Assembly (NCBI GenBank): GCA_963799485.1
Contig: CAWCXJ010000004.1
Location: 32,001-96,000 of the forward strand
Origin: an uncultured Trueperaceae bacterium
GTDB lineage: Bacteria; Deinococcota; Deinococci; Deinococcales; Trueperaceae
Reading direction: 5' to 3'
Length of the DNA stretch: 64,000 nt
Position 1 is the stretch's first letter. Every line of letters begins with the position of its first letter. This document shows, piece after piece, positions 9,780 through 19,693 of the stretch. Made by a program: the position numbers and the translations under genes. Below the pieces are notes generated by a model. It was not told the origin of the DNA. It saw only the letters and a list, made by a program, of their open reading frames with translations, and searched no databases.

Positions 9780-10271
9780 CTAGCGTTTGCCGAGAAACCG
9801 TTTGGCGGCGAACGCGGCCAGTCCGGCCATCGCCATTTTACCGCCCGTGCTGTTTAAGGGGCTGTTCGGGCCGAGCAAGCTCTCGATCAGATCGGGGTCT
9901 TGTTTCGACGCTTGCCGGGTCATCCGGCCCAGTTCGCGGGGTTTAGCAGCTTGATCCAGGTCTTGACCGTCGCGGTAGCCCTGAAAGCTGCGGCTGTCGT
10001 CGCGGTTTGCTTCTTGGTAACGGCGCGCCAGCTCGCGGCGTTCGTCGGGCGACATCTTGCTAAACGCCCGCTCGTATTCCGATTCGGCCTCGGGGTCGTT
10101 TGAATCGTCGAAGTCGCTGTCGTCTTGGTTCTGCATCATCTCGCGGTAACGGCGCGCAGCCTCCTCATCGGAAATCGAGTCCGGGTTTTCGCGGTAGCGG
10201 CGCTCGAAGTCGCGATAGTCTTGCTGGCGGCCTTCGTCTTGACCAAAAAAGTCGTTGAGTTTGTCGAACAC
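9780..10271 (-). CDS. Hypothetical highly charged hydrophilic protein
   Basis: 163-aa ORF with GGAGG RBS; D/E/R/Q-rich; short hydrophobic C-terminal helix. Confidence 0.75.
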   Translation of the reverse strand: MFDKLNDFFGQDEGRQQDYRDFERRYRENPDSISDEEAARRYREMMQNQDDSDFDDSNDPEAESEYERAFSKMSPDERRELARRYQEANRDDSRSFQGYRDGQDLDQAAKPRELGRMTRQASKQDPDLIESLLGPNSPLNSTGGKMAMAGLAAFAAKRFLGKR

Positions 10272-10434
10272 AGTTAGCCTCCGTTTCGTTCAGAACACAG
10301 CCTAGCACCACGTTACATAGAACATTAGAGCGTGGCTCGCCATTGGAAGTTTGTACACATTTAGTCAATTCTATGCGTGTTCAGTCTCTCCGCTTGTCTA
10401 CAGGTCTACCTGCAAAAAGTGTGCTCAAAAGTTG

Positions 10435-10463
10435 AGTTGACAGCACTTAGTTGACAGCACTTA
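10435..10463. repeat. 14-bp tandem duplication at the modA stop
   Basis: AGTTGACAGCACTT twice. Confidence 0.9.
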
Positions 10464-11205
10464 AGGTGCGCCGAACCCGTATTTGCTGAGCACGGCTTGA
10501 CCTTGACTCGAGCGCACCAGGTCGACGAACGCCTGGGCAAGTTTGGGTTGCGTGCTGTCTGCCAGTGTCACAACCGCATAGGTGCCGAGTACGTTAAGCG
10601 GTTCGGGAACCGGGATAATCCTGACATTTTCAGCGAGCGCCGCATCGGTTGCGTAGACGATAGCGGCGTCCGCCTCACCGAGTTCGACCTTGAGGGCGAC
10701 CTGCCGCACGTTCGACTCTTCCGAAACGAGGTTGTCCAACACCCGGTCTGAAAAATTTGCGCCGTAAACCCGGTTCATCTTTTTCAGTGCTTCGCGTGCG
10801 TAGTTGCCGACCGGAACCTCGGGCGCGGCGAGAACGAGCAGCACACCGGGTTCGGCGAGTTGCGCCAGCCGGGTGATGTTGCTGTCTTTTACGGTAATTA
10901 CGACCAGACGGTTGGTGGCAAAAACTGACGGTGTGTTTGCCGCGAGCCCTGCGTCTATAGCGACCTGCAGCTGGTCTTCGTCGGCGCTGGCGAACACGTC
11001 GGCGGGTGCGCCCTGAACAATCTGTGTGGCAAGGGTCGAGGAACCGTCGAAATTCAGGAGTACCTCGGCTCCGCCGCGCTGCGTTTCAAAAACCATCTGC
11101 GATTTCTTCAAATGCTTCGGTGAGGCTCGAGGCGGCGAACACCGTCAGGGTTTGAGCGGTGGCGAGTGGACTCATCAGTAGTATCAAGAGTGTAGAAGTT
11201 CTCAT
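10461..11205 (-). pseudogene. modA: Molybdate ABC transporter binding protein, frameshifted (or sequencing error)
   Basis: Signal peptide plus TLTVFAASSLTEAF from ATG 11205; one extra base in A5 run 11088-11092; then GSSTLATQIVQGAPADVFASA and VPVGNYA. Confidence 0.85.
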
Positions 11206-11216
11206 CGGGCTTTCGT

Positions 11217-13013
11217 CTAACGCACCATGTCCGGGATGCCGGTCAGGTAATCTTCACCGGGGTTGGTAAAGGTGTTTTGTTCCCACGCATACTGCCGGTC
11301 GTGGAGTTCACGGTAACGCCCGCCTTTTTTCAGGGGCTGGGCGTGCGTTCCCCGCCCGACGATTTTACCTGCTTCCAAGACCAAAATCTGGGCGGCGCTG
11401 CGAATGGTCGAAAGCCGGTGGGCAATCACAAACGCTGTGCGCCCCCGCTGAAGTTGCGCCAAGCCTTCCTGAATCATTCCTTCGCTCTCGCTGTCCAAAC
11501 TGCTCGTCGCCTCGTCCAGGATTAAAGTGCGTGGGTCGGCCAGGAGCGCCCGCGCGATGGCGACACGTTGCCGCTGCCCGCCCGAAAGCTTGACGCCGCG
11601 TTCACCGACAATGGTGTCGTAGCCGCTTGGAAACCCCCGGATAAAGCCGTCGGCGTTGGCGAGGCGGCTCGCTGTTTCGACCTCTTCTTCGGTCGCGTCA
11701 GGACGAGCGAAGCGGATGTTGTCGACCACGGTACCGCCAAACAAAAAGTTTTCTTGCACCACCCCGAGCTGCTTGCGGTAGTCGCCCAGCTTAATGTCTT
11801 GCAAATCGTATCCGTCGACCGTGACACGGCCTGCGTCGGGGCGGTGAAACGCCATCGTCAGGCGCACCAGGGTGCTTTTGCCCGAACCCGACGAACCGAC
11901 CAGCGCGGTCGTCGTTCCGGCGGGTGCGCGGAGTGAGATACCCTTAAGTACAGGGGTACCGGGTTCGTAGGCGAAGCTTACGTCGTCTAGTACGACCTCA
12001 CCCTTGACTCTGGTGAGGGGAGCCCCGGCCTCGTCCTCATCGTCTTCAGTGGTCATCGCCATAAGTTCCCGGATACGGTCGAGTCCCGCAAACGCCTCGC
12101 TGACCTGCGTCCCGATCAAGGCGATTTGAATCACAGGCGCAGCCAAAACGGTCACGAACGCGACGTACATGATCAGCTCGCCCAAGGTCATCGCGTCCGC
12201 TAAAATAGCTCGTCCACCGAACAAAATCATCAAGACGCCGACCGCGCCGATAATCACCGTGGCAAACACGGTGATCGCCGAAGTGCCGGTGATCGAGCGT
12301 TTGACGTTGGCAAAAAGCCGCTCAACCCCCTCGCCGAATACATGCTGCTCTCTTTCTTCCATCCGGTACGCCTTGATGATGCGAATCCCGCCCAGCGTTT
12401 CAGTGAGACGGCCCGTGACCTCGGCGTTAATCGCCCCGCGTTCGCGGAAGATAGGCCGCAGTTTTGAAAAAGCCAGTGCCATCGCTCCACCGAAAAGCAG
12501 CAAAAAGACCAAAATAGCGACTGTGAGCTGCCAGTTGAGGTAAAAAAGCACCCCGAGTGCCAGCACTGCCGTCAAGATACCGCCCACGAGCTGAACGATG
12601 CCCGTCCCGATAAGGTTGCGGACGCCCTCGGCGTCGGTCATGATGCGCGAAATCAGGACGCCCGTCTGGGTCCCGTCGAAAAAACGAATCGGCAGCCGCG
12701 TGACGCACTCCTGCACGCGCCGCCGCATCTCCATGATGGCCCCCTGCGCCGCTACGCTGACGACCTGTGAAAGCGAATAAGTCGTCACGGCCTGAACGAC
12801 AGTTGCAGCGCCTACGGCGAGTACCAGAGGTACAAGCAGCCCGGCTTGACCTTTGCCGATAACGTTGTCGATCAAAAACTTTGAGCTCGCAGGCAACACA
12901 AACCCCGCCAAGCGGTTGACGATCATCAGGGCGAAGCCGATCCCTAAACCTTTACGGTAGCTCCAAGGCAGGCTTTTCGCCTCCTGCCGGACCTCTGCGC
13001 GGGGCCTTTTCAT
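11217..13013 (-). CDS. Fused permease/ATPase ABC exporter (MsbA/MdlB-like)
   Basis: N-terminal TM domain; GSSGSGKST, LSGGQRQR, LDEATSSLD, IAHRLSTI. Confidence 0.9.
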   Translation of the reverse strand: MKRPRAEVRQEAKSLPWSYRKGLGIGFALMIVNRLAGFVLPASSKFLIDNVIGKGQAGLLVPLVLAVGAATVVQAVTTYSLSQVVSVAAQGAIMEMRRRVQECVTRLPIRFFDGTQTGVLISRIMTDAEGVRNLIGTGIVQLVGGILTAVLALGVLFYLNWQLTVAILVFLLLFGGAMALAFSKLRPIFRERGAINAEVTGRLTETLGGIRIIKAYRMEEREQHVFGEGVERLFANVKRSITGTSAITVFATVIIGAVGVLMILFGGRAILADAMTLGELIMYVAFVTVLAAPVIQIALIGTQVSEAFAGLDRIRELMAMTTEDDEDEAGAPLTRVKGEVVLDDVSFAYEPGTPVLKGISLRAPAGTTTALVGSSGSGKSTLVRLTMAFHRPDAGRVTVDGYDLQDIKLGDYRKQLGVVQENFLFGGTVVDNIRFARPDATEEEVETASRLANADGFIRGFPSGYDTIVGERGVKLSGGQRQRVAIARALLADPRTLILDEATSSLDSESEGMIQEGLAQLQRGRTAFVIAHRLSTIRSAAQILVLEAGKIVGRGTHAQPLKKGGRYRELHDRQYAWEQNTFTNPGEDYLTGIPDMVR

Positions 13014-13261
13014 AAAGCTCGTTTCATGAAGTCATCCTAGTCTCCCGCAGCGCCTTTACGCTAACGCACCGAGACACGCGCGGTTCTGGGGCCGGTTGAT
13101 TTATGGTTCGTCATCAGCTGTCAAGCAGGTATTGGTACAGTGACGAGGACACTAGGACACTCGGGTGCGCCAGAGCAAACCAGCAACTTCGGGCAAGCTC
13201 ATGATAGAAAAGACCACTACGCCGCAGCCTTTGGGATTGAACGCAGTGGTGGCGGCTGCGC

Positions 13262-13822
13262 TCAGCGGATACCGGGTGGTACCTGCGTTGGTGGCGGTTC
13301 GGGCAGGTTGCGCGGTTCGGGTACGCCCTCGAGCCGCTTCAGTACCCCGTTTTCGTTACAACCGACGAAAAACGGACACCGCAGACACTCCGACCAGACG
13401 CGCGGGTGCAGCTCTTTGGTCTTATCGATCAGCCTGAAGCCGCAGCGTTCAAAAAAACCTACCGAATACGTCCAGGCAAAGAGCGTCGGCACGCCGATAC
13501 GCCGCGCTTCAGCTTCGCAGGCCGCGACCAGTTCACGCCCAACGCCTTTAGACTGCACCCCGGGCCGCACCGCCAGACCGCGCACTTCGGCGACGTCGCC
13601 CCAGAGAATATGGAGCGCGCCGCACCCGGCAAACTGCCCGTCAATCTCGGCGACGAAAAAATCGCGCAGGTTCTCGAAGATGTTTTGCATCGGTCTGACC
13701 AGCATCTTGCCCTGCCCCGCCCAGTAGCCGATGGTTTCAAAGATGTCGGTCACGTCTTCGGCTTTTGCGGGCCGCACCGTTACCTGGACATGGGCCACAG
13801 TCGATATGTCAGTCGTCGCCAC
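13262..13822 (-). CDS. argA: Short GNAT-type N-acetylglutamate synthase candidate
   Basis: ENLRDFFVAE, AEVRGLAV, FFERCGF and VWSECLRCP motifs; directly downstream of argH. Confidence 0.7.
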   Translation of the reverse strand: MATTDISTVAHVQVTVRPAKAEDVTDIFETIGYWAGQGKMLVRPMQNIFENLRDFFVAEIDGQFAGCGALHILWGDVAEVRGLAVRPGVQSKGVGRELVAACEAEARRIGVPTLFAWTYSVGFFERCGFRLIDKTKELHPRVWSECLRCPFFVGCNENGVLKRLEGVPEPRNLPEPPPTQVPPGIR

Positions 13823-15197
13823 GCAACATCTCCTCAGCCGCTCGAAGCTGCCTTTCGACCTGAGCCAGCGCGGTGCCGCCGTAGCTCGAGCGCGCGTTGA
13901 CGACGGTCTCGAGCCTTAAAACTTCAAACACATCATTACCGATAAGTGCCGACACGTTTTGCATCTCTGCCAGACTCAGTGCCTGCAAATCTTTACCCTC
14001 TTGCACCCCGAGCGCGACAAGCTTGCCGACAACTTCGTGCGCTTCACGAAAGGGGAGGCCTTTTTGGGCAAGATAATCAGCGAGGTCGGTGGCGTTCGAG
14101 TAGGCGCGGCCCGCGGCGTGGTACATCCGCGCTTCGTTCACCGTGAGTTTCGGCAACAGGTCGGCGGTTAAACGCAAGCAGACGCGGAGGGTGTCGGCGG
14201 CGTCGAACGCGCCCTCTTTGTCTTCTTGCAGGTCTTTGTTGTAAGCGAGCGGTAGCCCCTTGAGCGTCGTTAAAAGGCCCAGAAGATGCCCGTAAACGCG
14301 CCCGGTTTTGCCACGCGTCAACTCGGACACGTCCGGGTTCTTTTTCTGCGGCATGATGCTCGAGCCCGTGGTATGCGAGTCCGGCAGCGTGACAAAACCG
14401 AACTCTTGCGACGACCACAAGATGAGTTCTTCGGAAAGTCTCGAGAGGTGCATCATCACGAGGCTGGCGGCGCTCAAGAATTCTACGACAAAATCGCGGT
14501 CGGAAACCGCGTCGAGTGAGTTGCGGGCGGGCCGGTCGAAGCCCAAAAGTTCGGCGGTGCGCGCCCGGTCGATAGGGAACCCTGTTCCGGCGAGTGCTCC
14601 GGCCCCGAGCGGCGAGACGTTCAGGCGTTTAAGCGAGTCTTGCAACCTTTCGGCGTCGCGTGAAAACATCTCGAAGTAGGCCAAAAGATGATGCGACAAA
14701 AGCACGGGTTGGGCGACCTGCAGGTGGGTGTAGCCCGGCATGATGACGCCCAGATGTGTGTCGGCAGCCGCTACGAAAGCGGCGCGCAGGTCGTGTAACA
14801 AGCCGACAAGCGCGTGCGTTTCGCCCCTGAGCCAGAGCCGAAAGTCGGTTGCCACCTGGTCGTTGCGGCTGCGGGCGGTGTGGAGCTTGCCGCCGACCGG
14901 CCCGACGCGCTCCGTGAGGGCGGCCTCGAGGTTCATGTGCACGTCTTCGAGTTCGGTGCGCCACGCAAACGTACCGGCTGCGACCTCTTGTTCAAGCTCT
15001 GCTAATCCGGCAACGAGCTGTGCGGCCTCATCTTCGCTCAAAATGCCCGCTTCACCCAACATCATCGCGTGCGCGGTAGACCCCCAAATGTCTTGCAAAG
15101 CCAAGCGTTTGTCGAAACTGACTGAGGCGTTAAACTGCTCGACTAACGTGTCGGTACTCTCGGCGAAGCGTCCGCCCCACATGCGTTTTTGCGTCAC
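13809..15197 (-). CDS. argH: Argininosuccinate lyase
   Basis: MWGGRF, LHTARSRNDQVATD, GSSIMPQKKNPD, YNKDLQEDKE. Confidence 0.98.
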   Translation of the reverse strand: MTQKRMWGGRFAESTDTLVEQFNASVSFDKRLALQDIWGSTAHAMMLGEAGILSEDEAAQLVAGLAELEQEVAAGTFAWRTELEDVHMNLEAALTERVGPVGGKLHTARSRNDQVATDFRLWLRGETHALVGLLHDLRAAFVAAADTHLGVIMPGYTHLQVAQPVLLSHHLLAYFEMFSRDAERLQDSLKRLNVSPLGAGALAGTGFPIDRARTAELLGFDRPARNSLDAVSDRDFVVEFLSAASLVMMHLSRLSEELILWSSQEFGFVTLPDSHTTGSSIMPQKKNPDVSELTRGKTGRVYGHLLGLLTTLKGLPLAYNKDLQEDKEGAFDAADTLRVCLRLTADLLPKLTVNEARMYHAAGRAYSNATDLADYLAQKGLPFREAHEVVGKLVALGVQEGKDLQALSLAEMQNVSALIGNDVFEVLRLETVVNARSSYGGTALAQVERQLRAAEEMLRGDD

Positions 15198-15224
15198 CTG
15201 CAGCCTGCTTTCATCTAGTTCGCA

Positions 15225-15587
15225 TCAGAGCTCATAGGGAAGCCGAATATCGGGTAGCCCGAGCTCGAACCCTTTTGCGTCTCGAGTAACGAACAAACAC
15301 CCCTCCGCCCTAGCGGTGGCGTAGACAACCGCGTCGGGTAGTTTAAGTCGGTAACGTCTTCTTAAAGAGACGCCGAGCGTAGCAACTTCTGTTGATAAAG
15401 CTACCGTCCGAAAGTAATTAAAAAACTTTTGCACCGAGGCTTTATCTTCTTGGTTGACACCGACCATAATCTCCATCCAAGTGATTACGCTGATAAGCGG
15501 CTCGGTGTAAGTCTCGAGCTCCCGGCGCGCTTCGTCAACCCCGTTCAAATGGTCAATCAAGATGTTCGTATCTAATACAGCTTTCAT
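15225..15587 (-). CDS. vapC: PIN-domain toxin (VapC family)
   Basis: MKAVLDTNILID, ISVITWMEIMVG, LKLPDAVVYATA, VTRD. Confidence 0.9.
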   Translation of the reverse strand: MKAVLDTNILIDHLNGVDEARRELETYTEPLISVITWMEIMVGVNQEDKASVQKFFNYFRTVALSTEVATLGVSLRRRYRLKLPDAVVYATARAEGCLFVTRDAKGFELGLPDIRLPYEL

Positions 15588-15621
15588 ATAAGGTTTACCG
15601 CAGTTCGGTCGGTGGCGCTGT

Positions 15622-15840
15622 TCACTCCCATTCTTCACGCAGACGGCGCTGATATATCACGCCGTCTACCGCTCGGCCTTGCCACAAACCAAACGACTCG
15701 GATAAGTTGCTCGTTTGCCGCTGAGCTAGATATTCTGCAACCGCTTCGCGGATCAGCGCCGCCCGTGAGCTTCCCCGTGCCTCGCCAAGCTTTGCAAGTG
15801 CGTCAAGCTGTTCTTGCGGCAAATCTACCAGTGTTCTCAT
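15622..15840 (-). CDS. vapB: CopG/RHH antitoxin (VapB family)
   Basis: MRTLVDLP...SRAALIREAVAEYL ribbon-helix-helix; FGLW...DG..YQ..LREEW tail; upstream of the PIN gene. Confidence 0.88.
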   Translation of the reverse strand: MRTLVDLPQEQLDALAKLGEARGSSRAALIREAVAEYLAQRQTSNLSESFGLWQGRAVDGVIYQRRLREEWE

Positions 15841-15846
15841 CAGCTG

Positions 15847-15870
15847 AGTATATCACCAAAGTATATCACC
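15847..15870 (-). promoter_or_regulatory. vapBC internal -10 box with direct-repeat operator candidate
   Basis: AGTATATCACC at 15847 and 15860; the first copy contains TATACT (minus strand) 6 nt before the vapB ATG. Confidence 0.6.
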
Positions 15871-16336
15871 CTTGCCGCTGCCACACGCCACCGACCCGTT
15901 TGGAGAGCTCGAGCGGCGCTTCTAGGTCTCTGGGACGGTAGCCCATCCGGGTGTAGTAAGGCAAAAGGTCGATTTGTGCACCTGTGAGCGTCAAGCGCAG
16001 TTCGGGGATATTGTGCTGGATGGCAAGCGCCTCGAGCCGCGTCGTCAGCCAGCGTCCGAACCCTTGACCCCGGTATTCCGGCAGCGTCGCCAAACGCCCG
16101 ACTTCCCAGCCGTAAGGAGCTTCACGCCAGCGCAGCGCGCTGATAAACGTTCCGGCACAAATAAAAGAGAGGGTGCCGCCGTCCCCGAGCCACTGCTGCA
16201 CCCGCGCCTCGTCTTCGGCGGGGTCGCTCCAAGCTGTTTGATAAAGCTCTGCGAGCGCCGCAGCGTCGGCGTCGGTTGCAGTATGCAGTTTGGCGGGTTG
16301 GTTTAGCGGCTGTGCCTGAGTCTCTTGTACCATCAT
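15866..16336 (-). CDS. GNAT-family N-acetyltransferase
   Basis: [14 protein letters not shown] acetyl-CoA motif, YYTRMGY; ATGA overlap with argG. Confidence 0.85.
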   Translation of the reverse strand: MMVQETQAQPLNQPAKLHTATDADAAALAELYQTAWSDPAEDEARVQQWLGDGGTLSFICAGTFISALRWREAPYGWEVGRLATLPEYRGQGFGRWLTTRLEALAIQHNIPELRLTLTGAQIDLLPYYTRMGYRPRDLEAPLELSKRVGGVWQRQG

Positions 16337-17589
16337 TCGCTGTACTGAGGAATCTTGATGGGGGGCGTTTTGGTTTCGGCGTCGAGTTGCGCGGCAATCC
16401 GTAGTCTAAGCGCATTTAGTTTGATAAAGCCGTCGGCGTCGGCCTGATTGTACACGTTGTCTTCTTCAAAGGTCACCACGTCCTGACGGTAGAACGAGTT
16501 GGGTGATTTGCGCCCGGTAATCGTAACGCTGCCTTTGTACAGCTCGAGCCTCGCGGTTCCCGTAACCGGTTTTTGAATGTCGTCCATCAAGTTTTGCAGT
16601 AGGGCGCGTTCGGGCGCAAACCAGAAACCGTTATAGATAGTTGCAGCGTATTTGGGCATCAGTTCGTCGCGGAGCTGCATCACTTGCCGGTCTAAAGTCA
16701 GCGATTCGACGGCCTTGTGGGCGTGAAAGAGGAGCGTCCCACCGGGGGTTTCGTAGCAGCCGCGCGACTTCATCCCGACAAACCGGTTTTCCACGATATC
16801 GGCGCGCCCGACGCCGTGTTTGCCGCCGAGTGCGTTGGTGCGTTCTAAAAGTTCAACCGCTCCCAACCGCTCGCCGTTGATGGCGACCGGGTTGCCCGCT
16901 TCAAACTCAACCTCGACGGTTTCCGGCGTGTCCGGCGCGTCTTGCGGGTCGGTCGTGAGCCGCCACATGTTTTTCGGCGGCGCGGCCCACGGGTCTTCTA
17001 AAATGCCGCCCTCATACGAGATGTGATACAAATTCGCGTCCATGGAGTATGGTTTTTCTTTCGTCACACCCACTGGAATCCCGTGTTCCTGGGCGTAACG
17101 CACGCAGTCTTCACGGCCCCGAAGCGTCCACTCGCGCCACGGTGCAATGACCCGGATGTCGGGCTTGAGCGCGTAAGCGGAGAGTTCAAAACGCACCTGG
17201 TCGTTGCCCTTGCCGGTCGCGCCGTGCGCTACGGCGTCGGCTCCCTCACTCTCGGCAATTTCAACCATCTTTTGCGCGATTAAAGGGCGGGCGAACGAGG
17301 TGCCGAGCAGATAGTAGCCTTCGTAGAGCGCACCTGAACGAAGCACCGGAAAAACGAAATCTTGGACGAACTCGCGCCGCAAATCGGCAGTGTAGGCGCT
17401 TACCGCGCCCGTTTGCAGGGCTTTCTCTTTCGCTCCGGCGACCTCTTCACCCTGACCGATGTCGGCGGTAAAGGCGACGACCTCGGCGTTATAGGTGTCT
17501 CTAAGCCAACGCAAGATGACCGAGGTGTCGAGGCCGCCGGAGTAGGCGAGTACGACTTTTTTGACGTCTGGGGTTCGGGTGGGCGGCAT
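16333..17589 (-). CDS. argG: Argininosuccinate synthase
   Basis: [41 protein letters not shown]. Confidence 0.98.
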   Translation of the reverse strand: MPPTRTPDVKKVVLAYSGGLDTSVILRWLRDTYNAEVVAFTADIGQGEEVAGAKEKALQTGAVSAYTADLRREFVQDFVFPVLRSGALYEGYYLLGTSFARPLIAQKMVEIAESEGADAVAHGATGKGNDQVRFELSAYALKPDIRVIAPWREWTLRGREDCVRYAQEHGIPVGVTKEKPYSMDANLYHISYEGGILEDPWAAPPKNMWRLTTDPQDAPDTPETVEVEFEAGNPVAINGERLGAVELLERTNALGGKHGVGRADIVENRFVGMKSRGCYETPGGTLLFHAHKAVESLTLDRQVMQLRDELMPKYAATIYNGFWFAPERALLQNLMDDIQKPVTGTARLELYKGSVTITGRKSPNSFYRQDVVTFEEDNVYNQADADGFIKLNALRLRIAAQLDAETKTPPIKIPQYSE

Positions 17590-17688
17590 ACGGTTCTCCT
17601 AAAATAAGGGGTAGGGCGGGGGCAAGGCAACAAAAATCCTCACCCGAAAGGGGCGCAAGGCGGTTCCGCTCGCTTTTAAGAGCGGACG

Positions 17689-17727
17689 TTAGCGTCGGAC
17701 GCGGCGGGTAAGGGATGCTGTCAGCAT
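17689..17727 (-). CDS. Candidate Arg-rich leader peptide MLTASLTRRVRR
   Basis: ATG CTG ACA GCA TCC CTT ACC CGC CGC GTC CGA CGC TAA, ending about 100 nt upstream of argG. Confidence 0.55.
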   Translation of the reverse strand: MLTASLTRRVRR

Positions 17728-17739
17728 AATTGAGCGCAG

Positions 17740-17777
17740 ATTGCAGGTTTATGCAAGGTCTGCAATAACTTTGCAAA
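17740..17777. promoter_or_regulatory. Candidate tandem ARG boxes (ArgR operator)
   Basis: ATTGCAGGTTTATGCAAG (TGCA-N6-TGCA) plus a weaker adjacent TGCAATAACTTTGCA upstream of argG. Confidence 0.55.
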
Positions 17778-17854
17778 CTCTAGCATGTGTCCGGAGGTGG
17801 GTCAAGCGTGACGAGGTGCGTTTTACGGTGATCATTTGCAGGTAGCATGGCAGG

Positions 17855-18799
17855 GTGAAGGTGCGGCGCAGTGCTTGGATAATCCTCTGGAGTTTTTTGG
17901 GGCTAGGTGCGGGACTGTTTGTTAGCTGGCGTGCGTCGCTGCTGCTTTGGCCTCTAGCACTCGTCCTGATAGCGGTGTGGCTGGCGCGTTGGCCGAGGCC
18001 GGGGGTGTGGCTACTGGCTGCGACGTTTGGCGTTATGTCGGTAAGTCCGTTTGTCGGCGACCTCGAGCAACAATCTCCCGCGCCCCACATGCGCGAGACC
18101 GCGAGCACCCGGCGAGACGCGCAGACCTGGGACGGGGTGCAAACACTGTCGGTTCGTAACAGTGCCGGCGACATCACCGTGACGGGCGGCGGAACTTGGC
18201 GACTCCGGGCGCGCTACCGCTGGGGCACAGCGGTGCGCGGTTTACCCGATAGACTTTTGATCTCGGAGCGCGGCAAAACACTGGATTTTACGGGACTCGA
18301 GCCCAGCTGGTCGCAAGCACCCTTGCGCGGGACCGAAGCGCAACTTCGGGCAACGGTACCGCGCCGCCTCAACCTGTTAGTCGACGCCCGTAGCAGCGAC
18401 GTAACGGCCCAAACCCTGGCCTCGGCAAACGTCGAGACTAACCTGGGCGACGTCACCCTCAGCGGTATTGCAGGCGCGGCAGTCGCCCTGACCGACGTCG
18501 GTAACGTCTTTATAACCGATGCCGGCGGGGCGGTCGAGGCCGAAACCCTGATAGGCGACATCTGGCTCGAACCCCGCGCTTCAACAGCGCCGATTTTAGC
18601 CAAGGCGGACGTCGGCAATATCGCTCTGGTCTTGCCACCCGGTACGAACGCCCGTATTACGGCGACCTCGACCTCACGGGAGCTGCCGGAAAACTTCAGA
18701 CGGGTGTCCCCGACGAGAGGAGAACTCGTGCTAGGCAAGGGCTCGAGGCTGATTGTCCTCACGACCCGTATTGGCAAGATCAGACTTGTCCAGCGCTAA
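17855..18799 (+). CDS. Membrane-anchored beta-strand repeat protein (DUF4097-like)
   Basis: N-terminal TM segments then repeated T..G[DN][IV] units. Confidence 0.7.
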   Translation: MKVRRSAWIILWSFLGLGAGLFVSWRASLLLWPLALVLIAVWLARWPRPGVWLLAATFGVMSVSPFVGDLEQQSPAPHMRETASTRRDAQTWDGVQTLSVRNSAGDITVTGGGTWRLRARYRWGTAVRGLPDRLLISERGKTLDFTGLEPSWSQAPLRGTEAQLRATVPRRLNLLVDARSSDVTAQTLASANVETNLGDVTLSGIAGAAVALTDVGNVFITDAGGAVEAETLIGDIWLEPRASTAPILAKADVGNIALVLPPGTNARITATSTSRELPENFRRVSPTRGELVLGKGSRLIVLTTRIGKIRLVQR

Positions 18800-19665
18800 T
18801 CGGTACTCGCGGTGATGGGCTCACGCACCGGCAGACTCGCTGCGAGCGCCGCCCCTAAAATAAGCGCGCCGCCCAAAAGCCCCCACGTGCCGAGGCGTTC
18901 ACCGAACAAAAGTGCACCCAAAAGCGCCGCGACGACCGGCTCGACGCTGGCAACCAACACCGCCCGTGACGCCTCGACGCGTTTTAGACCGGCGTAGTAG
19001 AGGCCGTAAGCCGCGTAGGTCGACAGTGCTGCAAGCAGCAGCAAAAATCCCCATACCGCCGGGCTTTTGGCCGAAAAATCTACGAACAGCAATAGTCCCA
19101 GCGCCCCGAACGGCATTACGAACGCGTTGATCGTGACTGGGCTGTAGCGCGCGAGCGCCCATTTGCCGAACAGATAGTAACTGCTATAACTTAGCGCCGC
19201 CGTAAGCCCCCATAACAGAGCGGGCGCTGAGACATTGACGCCCGCGCCGCCGCCCCTGGATACGAGCACCACGCCCGTGAGCGTGAGAGTCAGCAGGCCG
19301 AGTTTACGGCGCGTTAGCCCTTCACGCAAAAAGAACCACGCGGCTACGGCGACAAACGCCGGGGCGCTGTAGAGCAAAATCGACGCCAGACTGACGCCGC
19401 CGTACTGCACCGCAAACGTATAAGACGCGTAAAAAAGCGTGATGCCGACGAGCGAAAAGGCGGCGAAAACGAGCAAATCGCGTCTTCGCGCTACCTTGAG
19501 CTGCCGGGTCGAAGCGGCGTGGGCGAGAAACATCCCGCCTGCAAATAGCGCCCGCCAGAAGGCCAGCTCGAGCGGCCCTACCCCCGCTGCCAAAATGTTG
19601 TAAGAAAAGACGCCGATAAGCCCCCAGAGCACCGCCGCCGTAAAAATAAGCAGGTAACCTTTCAC
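18796..19665 (-). CDS. EamA/DMT-family transporter
   Basis: About ten TM segments in two EamA halves; LLYSAPAFV, VEPVVAALLG..LFGERL. Confidence 0.88.
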   Translation of the reverse strand: MKGYLLIFTAAVLWGLIGVFSYNILAAGVGPLELAFWRALFAGGMFLAHAASTRQLKVARRRDLLVFAAFSLVGITLFYASYTFAVQYGGVSLASILLYSAPAFVAVAAWFFLREGLTRRKLGLLTLTLTGVVLVSRGGGAGVNVSAPALLWGLTAALSYSSYYLFGKWALARYSPVTINAFVMPFGALGLLLFVDFSAKSPAVWGFLLLLAALSTYAAYGLYYAGLKRVEASRAVLVASVEPVVAALLGALLFGERLGTWGLLGGALILGAALAASLPVREPITASTD

Positions 19666-19693
19666 CTGCTAGAGCATACCGTGACGGGTTGGA

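Noticed and set aside
17590..17730. T-box riboswitch upstream of argG
   Set aside because: No UGGNACC T-box sequence was found and the leader is short.
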